Shown: positions 27,730 to 36,597 of the stretch, in pieces
Layout of the letters: the number at the start of each line of letters is the position of its first letter
Numbering within the stretch: position 1 is the first letter of the stretch
Source: Candidatus Multivoraceae bacterium
GTDB taxonomy: Bacteria > Acidobacteriota > Thermoanaerobaculia > Multivoradales > Multivoraceae
Length of the DNA stretch: 64,000 bases
Direction of reading: 5' to 3'
NCBI GenBank assembly: GCA_965223385.1
Contig: CBDCWR010000006.1
Span: forward strand, 137,896-201,895
Made by a program: the position numbers and the translations under genes
The notes under the pieces: generated by a model
What the model was told of the DNA's origin: nothing
Database searches by the model: none
The model's input: the letters and a program-made list of their open reading frames with translations, nothing else

Positions 27730-29112
27730 ATGACCCGCCGCCTGACGTCGCTCCTGCTGCTCGCCGCGCTGGTGCTCGCCGGCACCGGCGCATTGTCGGC
27801 CGCCGGACCCGAGATCGAGGTGGGCCAGCTGTTTCCGGACCTTGCGCTGCGCACCCTCGACGGCGACGTGCGGCGCGTCTCGGACTATCGCGGCACGAAG
27901 CTGGTCCTGCACGTCTTCGCCTCGTGGTGAGCGGGCTGCCGCGTTCACGTGCCCGGGTGGCACGACGCGACCGCGGAGCTCCAGCGCACCGGCAAGGTGC
28001 AGATGCTCGGCATCATCCAGGAGCAGAACCCGGATCGGTGCCGGCTCTTCATGCAGTGGAAGGAGATGAGCTGGCCGATCCTGGTGGACACCTTCGACCA
28101 GCTGGAAGTGAGCGTGGTGCCGCTGACGTACGCGATCGACGAGCACGGCATCGTGCGCCGCGCGGGCCTGCGCCTGCGCGACGCCGAGACGATCGAAGAG
28201 ACGTTTCTCGACCATTCGTGGCCCGCCCCTGAAGCCGTGGGGCCGAAGATCGAAGAGAGCTCGTGGCAGGTGCAGGCGCGCCGCGCCACGTCCGGCAATG
28301 CGGAGGATGTCGCGCAGGCCGTCGCGACGTTCCGCCGCCTCGCCCTGGCAGATCCCGACGACGGCTGGGCGCACTTCCGCCTCGCAGCCGCGCATCGCCT
28401 GCGGTACGACTCATCTGCGCGCCAGCCGGGTGACTTCCAGGCGGCCGTCGACCACTGGCAGCGGGCGCTCGAGATCGATCCGAACAACTACATCTGGCGC
28501 CGCCGCATCCAGCAGTACGGCCCGCGGCTGATCAAGCCGTACCCCTTCTACGACTGGATCCCCCGGGCACGGGAGGAGATCGCCGCGCGCGGGGAGGAGC
28601 CCGCGCCGCTGGTGGTCGAGCCGAGTGGCGCAGAGATCGCGCGGCCTGCCCAGGAGCTCGTCGCGGCCGGAGGCGAGACGAGCCCGGACCCCGAAGCGAA
28701 GGTGCTGCAGGACGGAGTGGGGTCCACCGGGCGCCTCATCGAGATCGAGACGACCGCGGTACCGCGGGCGCTCGCGCCCGGCGAGACCCTGCGCGCCCAC
28801 ATCGTGCTGCGCCCCAACGAAGATCTCCTGGCGCACTGGAACAACGAATCGGACCCCCTCGAGATCTGGGTCGACGCGCCTCCCAGCTGGGCGATCGAGT
28901 CGCGGTTGCTCCGCACCGTCAACGCCGATGCGGCGGTGAGCACCGAGACGCGAAGGGTCGAAGTGGAGCTCTCCGTGCCGGCCGACGCACCTCCGGGTGA
29001 TGTCCGCCTCCCGGGCTACGCGCTCTACTACGTGTGCGAGGACGAGATCGGGACCTGCCTCTACCGCCGCCAGGATCTCGAGGTCACGGTCGAGGTTCTG
29101 CCATCTCGCTGA
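27730..29112 (+). CDS. periplasmic TlpA/redoxin-like thiol-disulfide oxidoreductase with C-terminal TPR/beta domain; candidate selenoprotein (in-frame TGA at 27928-27930 read as Sec: WUAGC)
   Basis: ORFs 27544..27930 and 27949..29112 are in the same frame. They are separated only by TGA exactly at the first Cys of the redox motif (KLVLHVFASW-TGA-AGCRV). The thioredoxin fold continues after it (WPILVD...VPLTYAIDEHGIV). There is a signal peptide. Confidence 0.6.
27948..27964 (+). other. candidate bacterial SECIS stem-loop
   Basis: The sequence CGTGCC-cgggt-GGCACG is a perfect 6-bp stem with a G-rich loop. It starts 17 nt downstream of the in-frame UGA. Confidence 0.4.
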
Positions 29113-29173
29113 GCCGGCACTCCCACGAGGAGTCTTCGCCTTTCCGCTCCGTGGCAGAGAACTCCTTGGAGCG

Positions 29174-30922
29174 CTAGTCGGGAAGGGCGAACACGAACAG
29201 GTTGTTGCCCGAGCTCGGCTTGAGCTCCGGGGTGAGCCCCACGCGCAGCGCCGCCGACGGGCTGCCGGTGCTCGCGGCGACGTACTGCCGGCCGTCGACG
29301 GCGAACGAGATCGGGAACCCGGTGAGCGGCGAGCCGAGGTTGATCTTCCAGAGCACGTCGCCGGTCTCGTGGTCGAGCGCCATGAAACGACCGTTCATGT
29401 CACCCACGAAGATCAGACCGCCAGCGGTCGCAAACAGCGACATGGTCGCCGCGCGCTGCTCGAAGACAAACAGCGACTTCCCGGTCGATGCCGAGACCGC
29501 GTGGACGGTGCCGCTCTTGTCGGTGCCGGGCGCGATCTGGTGCTCGGCGTCGAGCGCGTAGATGGGGAGTCGCCCGGCCTTCGTGGCGGTCATCGTGGCG
29601 CACGCGTTGCGCATGGGCATGTACATCGCGTTGGTGATGGGGCTGTAGGCGCCGGCCTGCCAGTCTTTGCCGCCGATGTAGGTCGGGCACACGAGCGCCT
29701 TCTGCTCGAGCTCGCTGAACACCACCTCGGAGTTCTCGCTCACGGCGCCCGTGGCGCCGTCGATCATGTCGATCACGTTCTGGTACACGGTCGGCCGCGC
29801 CCAGAGGAACTCCCCTGTCTCGCGGTCGAGCGTGTACACCACGCCGGTCTTGCCCGGGATGCCGGTCATCACCTTGCGCCGCTCGCCGGGCTCGATGCGG
29901 GGGTTGATCCAGGCGACCTCGTCTGGGCTCGGCGCCACCTCGGTGTCGACGAGCAGACGCTCGAACGGGTGGTCGAGATCCCAGTGGTCGTTCAGGTGCT
30001 GGTAGTGCCAGGCGATCTCGCCCGTCGCCCCCCGCAGAGCGAGCGTGGAGTTGTGGTACAGGTGTCGGTTGTCTTTGCTGCTCAGCAGGAACTTCGGCGC
30101 AGGAGAGGTGACCGAGGTACCGATGTAGACGAGGTCGAGCTCGGGGTCGTAGCTCGGCACCATCCACGTGCCGACGTGGGTGCGCTTCTCGAACGGCACG
30201 TCGCCCCACGTCTCGTCACCGGGCTCGCCCGGGGCGGGTACCGTGCGGCGGCGCCAGAGCTCTCGCCCGGTCTTGGCGTCGTGCGCCGTGACCACGCAGG
30301 CGTCGGGGCCGCCGCGCGGAAGGCAGCTGCGCCCCGAGAAGATCTTGCCGCCGCCCACGATCGGCCCCGAGCCCTGCATCGTGGGGTGCGTGTCGTAGTT
30401 CAGGATCTCGGTCTGCCACGCCTGCTCCCCGGTCTCGGCGTCGAGCGCAAAGACGAAGCCGTCGGTGCTCGTGTCGAGGATCAGGCGACCGTAGATCGCG
30501 AGGTTGCGGTTGTTGGCCGTGAGGCCGAGCTTGCCCTGTTTGACGAGGCTCTCGTGCCGCTCGCGGCTGTGCTCCCAGATCAGATCGCCTGTCACCGCGT
30601 CGATCGCCTGCGTCACGTCGGCCGGGTTTGGCATGTAGAGAACGCCGCCGTACGCGAGCGGCGTGCCCTGCTGCCGCCCATCGTGCAGAGCGCGCGTCCA
30701 CACGAGCCGCAGGTTCTGCACGTTGCTGCGGTCGATCTGTTCGAGCGGGCTGAACGCCCAGCCGTCCTGTGTACGTCGCCACATGAGCCAGTCGTCGTCG
30801 GACGGGCTCTGCAGCATCTCGTCCGTCACCGGGACAAAAGTGCGGCCCGCGGAGCCCGTCTGGGCCTCGAGAAGCCATGGGGTGACCGCAAGGGCGGCGC
30901 CGAGAAGAGCCGTGCGCAGCAT
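29174..30922 (-). CDS. PQQ-dependent dehydrogenase, methanol/ethanol family-like, with DxD (WDLD) lanthanide-type signature
   Basis: A signal peptide is present. Eight-bladed propeller motifs are present (W...G). HLNDHWDLDHP has Asp two residues after the catalytic Asp, as in XoxF/PedH. There is no vicinal CC. Confidence 0.8.
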   Translation of the reverse strand: MLRTALLGAALAVTPWLLEAQTGSAGRTFVPVTDEMLQSPSDDDWLMWRRTQDGWAFSPLEQIDRSNVQNLRLVWTRALHDGRQQGTPLAYGGVLYMPNPADVTQAIDAVTGDLIWEHSRERHESLVKQGKLGLTANNRNLAIYGRLILDTSTDGFVFALDAETGEQAWQTEILNYDTHPTMQGSGPIVGGGKIFSGRSCLPRGGPDACVVTAHDAKTGRELWRRRTVPAPGEPGDETWGDVPFEKRTHVGTWMVPSYDPELDLVYIGTSVTSPAPKFLLSSKDNRHLYHNSTLALRGATGEIAWHYQHLNDHWDLDHPFERLLVDTEVAPSPDEVAWINPRIEPGERRKVMTGIPGKTGVVYTLDRETGEFLWARPTVYQNVIDMIDGATGAVSENSEVVFSELEQKALVCPTYIGGKDWQAGAYSPITNAMYMPMRNACATMTATKAGRLPIYALDAEHQIAPGTDKSGTVHAVSASTGKSLFVFEQRAATMSLFATAGGLIFVGDMNGRFMALDHETGDVLWKINLGSPLTGFPISFAVDGRQYVAASTGSPSAALRVGLTPELKPSSGNNLFVFALPD

Positions 30923-31055
30923 GGGACCGACCTTTCTGTTGGGGAGAAGGTCAACCATCGTAGCGGATGGCAGCGGACGCGGCCGCCGCCGTCGACCGAG
31001 GTCCTTGCGGCGAAGGGCCACTCACGACGTCCGAGGCAGACGGCCTCGGCCTCTT

Positions 31056-31565
31056 TCACTCTGCCGCGAGCAGTGCCTGCCAGCGCTCCGGGTAGATCTG
31101 CAGGATCTCGATCAGGGCGCCGTCAGGGTCCCTGCACACGGCGATCTCGGCCAGCTTGCCGTGCCCCGGCTGCGGCGTCGACAGGAACTCGACCCCCTCC
31201 GCCTCGAGACGTGTCACCTCGGCGGGGAGATCTTCGGTCGCGAGACAGATGCGCACGAGTCCGCGGTCGCGGTTCTCGAGTGGCGCTCGGGGGCTCTCCG
31301 CATCGATCTCGGTGAGATCGAGCTTCGGGAATCCGTCGCCGAGCTGCAGGATGCACGCGCGTCCCCCGGTGCCGCGCTCGAGGCCAAGCGCCTCGGCTGC
31401 GCCGTCCGGCAGCTGCCCCGCCTCGTCAGCGCTCAGTGCGAGATAGGGGATCCCCGGAAGGAAGACCTCGAAGCCGAGCTTCCGGTAGAACTCGATCGCT
31501 CGCTCGAGGCTGGCGACGTTGAGGTTGATGTGCCCCCAGCTGAACCGCGGCTGGACTTGTGTCAT
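31056..31565 (-). CDS. VOC/glyoxalase-family protein
   Basis: The start is MTQVQPRFSWGHINLNV. Two beta-alpha-beta-beta-beta modules are present. Confidence 0.7.
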   Translation of the reverse strand: MTQVQPRFSWGHINLNVASLERAIEFYRKLGFEVFLPGIPYLALSADEAGQLPDGAAEALGLERGTGGRACILQLGDGFPKLDLTEIDAESPRAPLENRDRGLVRICLATEDLPAEVTRLEAEGVEFLSTPQPGHGKLAEIAVCRDPDGALIEILQIYPERWQALLAAE

Positions 31566-31677
31566 CGAGTGCTCCTTGCGCGTGAACCGTCGGAGGAGTG
31601 TGTCGGAGCACGGCGCTCCGTTGGCTCCCCTACGGCCTTGTCTCGGGGGTGATGCGCTGTCCTCTCGACGAGGAGTG

Positions 31678-33315
31678 CTACGCCGACCGGCAGAAGCACG
31701 ACGAGCCGATGACCACGTCGGCACGCGCCATCACCAGATCGAGCTGCTGGCTCACCAGGACCCTCTCGACGGCCTCGCCACGGCGCTCCAGACACTCGTG
31801 GAGGCCGTGCAGCGCCCACACGTTGCCGGGGTGCTGGCAGGGTCGGTAGAGCTCGTCGGTGAGACCGAGGTCGGCACGGTAGAGCTGCTCCGCCTCGTCG
31901 TAGCGCTCCTGCTCCATGAGCAGCGCGGCGAGCGCGTGCCGTGGCGGCTGCATCCAGCCCCAGGGCTCGTCGTAGACGAGGTTGTCGCTGAAGTTGGCGG
32001 CGCTCCGCAGGTGCTCGAGACCCGTGCTGATGTCGCCGGCCTTGTAGTGCAGCTCTCCCTGCGCCATCTCGGCCGCGATCTCGAGCACCGCACTCGCCGG
32101 GTTGTTGAACATGTAGCGCGACTCCTGCACGGCGTCTTTTGCGGCGAAGAACGCCTCCAGCTCGCTCTTGGCCTCGTCAGCGCGCCCGAGGTTCGCGAGC
32201 GCGATCGTGCGGGCGTAGCGGAGCAGAGCGGTGGTGAAGCTGAACAGCTCGGCATCATCCGGAAGCGGCACGTCCAGGATCTCTTCCCACATGCCGAACC
32301 GCACCATCACGTGCGAGTGGATGCCCCAGAAGGCCTCGAAGAGGTCCGGCAGGAACGCGACGGTCTCCGTCGGCAGCAGGCGATGCAGCTCCTCGGCGGA
32401 GTCGAGCGCCACCTGCTTCTGGCCGAGCAGCATGGCGCCGTAGGCCTCGAAGTGCACGTTGTGGACGCGGTACACCGTGTAGAAGTTCTCGGCGCCACGG
32501 AGGTCGGTGTACCGCCGGTCGACGCGCGCCGCCTGGTGGTTCCGCGCGATGGTGTTCTGGTAGTCGCCGCAGAGCACGTCGATGTGTGTCGCCATGTGGA
32601 CGAGGTGGCCCGACTCCGGCGACTGCCGCACGAGCGCATCGCCGTGCGGAAGGGCCAGCTCCGGGGTGGGCGACATCTCCATCAGATGGATGTACATGTG
32701 CAGCAGCCCGGGGTGCTTCCACGCCGCTGTGTCGCGTGCGAAGGCGGTCTCGAGCACCGTGCGCGCCTCCTCGGTGGACGCCCCGTCCGCCGGTGTGCCG
32801 GTGGGCAGGTCCCAGAGCCGCCACGGGGTGCGCCCCATCAGGCTCTCGGCGAACACGCTGCAGACGTCGAGGTCGGTGGCGTGGGCCTCGTACACGGGGC
32901 GCATCGCTTCGGCGAAGGCATCGTTGTAGGGGCCGTAGTCTTCGGTGGCCGGATCGTCGGGGTAGCGGACCTTCAGAGCCTCGAGCATTACGCGCTCGAC
33001 CGCGCTGCTTTCTGGGATCGCGAGGCCGTCGGCGATCGCCCGGTGCGCGGTCTCGAGAGCAGCCTCGCGCTCGGCCGGCTCGAACATCTCCCACAGCTTG
33101 TTGTAGTTCGGTCCGATCGCGTACGCGATTCCCCACTGGGCCATGGCGCAGCCCGGGTCCGCCTCGAGCGCGGCTTCGAAGCAGACGATGGCCTCGTCGT
33201 GGTTGAACCCGTAGAGCCAGTTGAGGCCCTGGTCGAACCAACGTTGAGCGGTCGAGTCGGTGGACACCACGCGGCTGTGGTCGCCCAGGTCGAAGTGGGC
33301 TGGACTTGTGGTCAT
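31678..33315 (-). CDS. cytoplasmic TPR-repeat protein
   Basis: MTTSPAHFDLGDH... follows a gaggagg RBS. Multiple TPR-like helices are present (AIVCFEAALEADPGCAMAQWGIAYA). Confidence 0.7.
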   Translation of the reverse strand: MTTSPAHFDLGDHSRVVSTDSTAQRWFDQGLNWLYGFNHDEAIVCFEAALEADPGCAMAQWGIAYAIGPNYNKLWEMFEPAEREAALETAHRAIADGLAIPESSAVERVMLEALKVRYPDDPATEDYGPYNDAFAEAMRPVYEAHATDLDVCSVFAESLMGRTPWRLWDLPTGTPADGASTEEARTVLETAFARDTAAWKHPGLLHMYIHLMEMSPTPELALPHGDALVRQSPESGHLVHMATHIDVLCGDYQNTIARNHQAARVDRRYTDLRGAENFYTVYRVHNVHFEAYGAMLLGQKQVALDSAEELHRLLPTETVAFLPDLFEAFWGIHSHVMVRFGMWEEILDVPLPDDAELFSFTTALLRYARTIALANLGRADEAKSELEAFFAAKDAVQESRYMFNNPASAVLEIAAEMAQGELHYKAGDISTGLEHLRSAANFSDNLVYDEPWGWMQPPRHALAALLMEQERYDEAEQLYRADLGLTDELYRPCQHPGNVWALHGLHECLERRGEAVERVLVSQQLDLVMARADVVIGSSCFCRSA

Positions 33316-33466
33316 CGTGGCCTCCTCGAGACAAGATGGTGGGCTGGGGCGATCCAGTGTACTCGCGAGGGACGTGTCGACGAGGGACCCGTCATCGCGT
33401 CGTGCGCGTGGTGGAACGTCGGCTCGCTTCGAGGGCAAGTAGGCTCGTCGTGGAGGAGCCGTCACG

Positions 33467-34858
33467 TTGATCTCACGTCGGAGCTTTCTCGGATCTGCCT
33501 TCGCCGGGCTCTGTGCCGGCGGTGCAATGGTGTCCTGTGCGGGGCGCAGCGCATCCGACCGCGATCGGTTCGGCGGCTGGACGCAGCTCCAGCTCGGTGC
33601 CACGGGTTTCTTCCGCACCGAGCACGACGGCCAGCGCTGGTGGCTCGTCACGCCCGATGGGCACGCGTTCATCACCTGGGGCGTCAACCATTACCACGCC
33701 GACTGGTGGGCGCAGGAGTACAACCGGAACCACTGGCTCGAGCGCTTCGGCGCGCAGGAGGTCGGCGACGCGGCCTGGAACGACGGTTTCCGCGAGGCGG
33801 CACTGGCGGATCTGCGTCGCCTGGGTCTCAATACGCTCGGCATCCACACGAGCGCGCCGATGCTCACGCATCCGCCAGGCCACGCCCGCTTCCCTTTCGT
33901 TGCTCCGTACGAGCCTCTGAAGCTGTCGCACTACCTGAAACCCGGGCCGGAGGAGTACGCCGACGTCTTCGCGCCGGAGTTCGAAGCCCTCTGTGAGCGC
34001 ACGGCGGCGGAGACGGCCGCGCCTTACCGTGACGACCCGATGGTGCTCGGATACTGCATGGCCGACTGCCCTCCGCTGACCGATAGCGAAGCGGAGTGGG
34101 CCGGCACCACCACCTGGCCGCGACGGCTCCGCAACTTCGGGGCGCGGGCGGCGGGCAAACAGGCGTTCGTGGCGTGCATGCGGGAGCGCTACGGCGACGT
34201 GGCGGGGTTCAACGCCGTGTACGGAAGCAGCTTCGGTGCTTGGACCGACCTCCTCGAGGCGGAGGACTGGCGGCAGGAACAGGCGCCGGAGAGCGAGGCC
34301 GAGCGCGACGACAACGCAGCCTTCCTGCTCGTCTGCGTGAAGCGCTACTACGCGGTGGCCAAGTCGGCGCTTCGCGCGGCTGACCCGCACCATCTCTTCC
34401 TGGGCGACAAGATCAACGGCGACACCGACGGCCTGGGCGCGGTGGTGGGAGTCACGAGTCGCTTCACCGACGTCGTGAACACCCAGCACTACGCGCGTTG
34501 GGAGGGTCAGCGCGCCACGATGGATCGCTGGACGGAGACGGTCGGGCAGCCCTTCCTCAACGGCGATGCGGCGTACACCACACCGACCGACACGATGCCC
34601 AGCCCGTGGGGTCAGCACGCGCGCGGCATGGCCGAGCGCGCCCGCTGGACCCGCGAGCTCATGGAGAACGCCACCGCACGGCCCGACTTCGTGGGCTGGC
34701 ACATGTGCGGGATCATCGACACGTCGGTCGAGATGCCGGGCAAGGAGCAGAACCAGCACCAGGGCCTCATGACGACGCGCGGAGAGTTCTACCCCGAGAT
34801 GGAGGCGATGATCCGCGACGTCTCCGACCGGCTGTACGAGATCGCTTCGCGGACGTAG
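33467..34858 (+). CDS. Tat-exported putative glycoside hydrolase (TIM-barrel-like)
   Basis: TTG start with a ggaggag RBS. (M)ISRRSFLGSAFAGL is a twin-arginine signal. The product is 463 aa. Confidence 0.55.
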   Translation: MISRRSFLGSAFAGLCAGGAMVSCAGRSASDRDRFGGWTQLQLGATGFFRTEHDGQRWWLVTPDGHAFITWGVNHYHADWWAQEYNRNHWLERFGAQEVGDAAWNDGFREAALADLRRLGLNTLGIHTSAPMLTHPPGHARFPFVAPYEPLKLSHYLKPGPEEYADVFAPEFEALCERTAAETAAPYRDDPMVLGYCMADCPPLTDSEAEWAGTTTWPRRLRNFGARAAGKQAFVACMRERYGDVAGFNAVYGSSFGAWTDLLEAEDWRQEQAPESEAERDDNAAFLLVCVKRYYAVAKSALRAADPHHLFLGDKINGDTDGLGAVVGVTSRFTDVVNTQHYARWEGQRATMDRWTETVGQPFLNGDAAYTTPTDTMPSPWGQHARGMAERARWTRELMENATARPDFVGWHMCGIIDTSVEMPGKEQNQHQGLMTTRGEFYPEMEAMIRDVSDRLYEIASRT

Positions 34859-34888
34859 CGTGGCCTGCCGCGGCGGAGTCGGCCCCGG

Positions 34889-35435
34889 TCAGGCCATGGA
34901 GCGGAGCCGAAACCAGGCGAGTCCGGCGATCGCCACTCCCAGGAGGAGCAGGCCGGCGGGAGACACTGCCGGAACGGCGAACGCGTTCGCTGGCTGGCTG
35001 TAGATGACGATTGTCAGACGTGCATCTCCCGTCGTCGCCACGCTGCCGTCGGTTCGGAAGCCGAAGATCTCCCCCTCCTGTACATGGATGCTCGACCGCC
35101 CTGTCAGCGGGCCCGTGACACCGGGGGGGGTATGTCAGTCGCAGTGGCGTATCGACCCCGTTGTGGGTGATCACGACATCTCCGGGAGCGTCGAGTGTGT
35201 TCGTTCGCGCCAGGACCCCGAGAGAAGTAATCACGAGGTCTTCCGGGGCCGCGAACTCACGGTGCTGGGCCGTGCCCCCAGTGATTCCGAGATTGGTGAA
35301 GGGGCCGATCGCCTCACTGGCGCCCGGGATCCCCAGGCAAAGGCCGAGTGCGAAGAGGAGCGCGGCGACCGCGCGGCGGCGGTGGAAACGGTGGGTATGG
35401 ACTCCATGTTGGCGAACGTCGTTCGAGATCTGCAT
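34889..35435 (-). pseudogene. VPXXXP-CTERM (PEP-CTERM-like) sorting-signal protein, paralog A, single-nt frameshift near 35088
   Basis: The N-terminal part is in the 35435 frame. The C-terminal part (IHVQEGEIFGFRTDGSVATTGDARLTIVIYSQPANAFAVPAVSPAGLLLLGVAIAGLAWFRLRSMA) is in another frame and aligns to paralog B. An agggagg RBS is present. Confidence 0.55.
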
Positions 35436-35451
35436 TCGGGCCTCCCTGGTC

Positions 35452-35470
35452 TATGCTCTTTCAGCATAGT
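35452..35470. promoter_or_regulatory. inverted repeat CTATGCT-N5-AGCATAG in the paralog A leader
   Basis: A perfect 7-bp inverted repeat lies immediately upstream of the RBS of the gene starting at 35435. Confidence 0.25.
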
Positions 35471-35528
35471 ACTGGGGGAGGCTCTCTGGGTGACGAGGGC
35501 CGTGGCCTCGATGCCGCTGCGCAGCGCG

Positions 35529-35580
35529 TCGAGCTGTAGGTGCGGTCCGGCTGCTAGGGCCCCGGTCCAGACAGGGGAGA
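35529..35580. repeat. copy 1 of a ~50-bp duplicated leader segment (tccggctgctagggc...cagacaggggagATGagaatc); a remnant of the BamB-like gene 5-prime end
   Basis: It is near-identical to 36548..36597. It belongs to a tandem duplication unit. Confidence 0.6.
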
Positions 35581-35622
35581 TGAGAATCGGGGCGGCCCTG
35601 CTCCGGTGCAGGACCGTACCTC

Positions 35623-36168
35623 CTAAGCTACAGAGCGCATTCGGAGGAGGGCGAGCCCTGCAATCGCTCCGCCGAGCAGAAGCAGCCCGGCAGGCGATAC
35701 CGCGGGGACCGCAAATGCGTTCGCCGGTTGGCTGTAGATCACGACGTTGATGGGGGCAGATCCAGTTGTTGCTTGCTGACCGTCCATGCGGAGCTCGATG
35801 ACGTCACCCGCTTGCGCGTGGACGCTCACGGCTCGGGTTGCGGGGCCCGTTTGGCCCGGCGAGTACGTGACTGTGAGGGGTGTCACAACGCCGTTGAGCA
35901 GAAGGGACACGGTCCCTGGTCCGTCGAGAGTGTTCCTTTCCGCGTGAGCGCCGAGCGAGGTGAGCACCAGATCTTCTCCGGCGACGAACTCGTAGCGTGC
36001 GACCAGGTTCCCCGGAACCGTGATGTTGTAGACGGCGCCGATCGCTTCACCTGGATCAGGGGCCGCAAGAGTGAAAAAGCAGACGATGAAGAGGAGCGGA
36101 GCGCTTCTACGCTTCTTCGAGCTTCCGCTTCGGACTCGGGTAGGCGGACAGTTGCGGTGGATCAACAC
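35623..36168 (-). CDS. VPXXXP-CTERM (PEP-CTERM-like) sorting-signal protein, paralog B
   Basis: GTG start with a gaaggagg RBS. There is a signal peptide. The C-terminus AFAVPAVSPAGLLLLGGAIAGLALLRMRSVA has a VPxxxP motif, a TM helix and a basic tail. Confidence 0.65.
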   Translation of the reverse strand: MLIHRNCPPTRVRSGSSKKRRSAPLLFIVCFFTLAAPDPGEAIGAVYNITVPGNLVARYEFVAGEDLVLTSLGAHAERNTLDGPGTVSLLLNGVVTPLTVTYSPGQTGPATRAVSVHAQAGDVIELRMDGQQATTGSAPINVVIYSQPANAFAVPAVSPAGLLLLGGAIAGLALLRMRSVA

Positions 36169-36547
36169 GGAGCCTCCTTCATAGAAGATGCTGCAGCGAC
36201 ATACGTGCTGGAGCATACCGATGCCGTCGGAGTGAGTGGTGTACCGCAGACGATGAGAGGATGACGCCCTACTTCCGGAGGGCGAATCAAGATGGCGCTG
36301 CAAGGGGACCCGTGGACCGGGCCGATCTCTTCGGGGAGGCCGGCTTCGAGGGAAACACGGGGTCCGCAGGAGTGAGGACGACCTCCTCGAGCTGCTGCAC
36401 GACGTCGACGGCGCCCGCGCGGGCGACCCGGGTCGATGGACCGGAGTGCCCGACTTCTCTCGACGGCGCTTGCGCTATAGCTGCCACCTGGCGAACTGTT
36501 CGGAGTGCGTGCGGCGGTGTGGAACGGGTGTCCGCCCGATGCGCAAC

Positions 36548-36597
36548 AGGGATGCCGTCCGGCTGCTAGGGTCCTCGACCAGACAAGGGGAATGCGA
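36548..36597. repeat. copy 2 of the duplicated leader segment, here preceding the intact BamB-like gene start
   Basis: The sequence is tccggctgctagggtcctcgaccagacaaggggaATGcgaATGaac. Confidence 0.6.
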
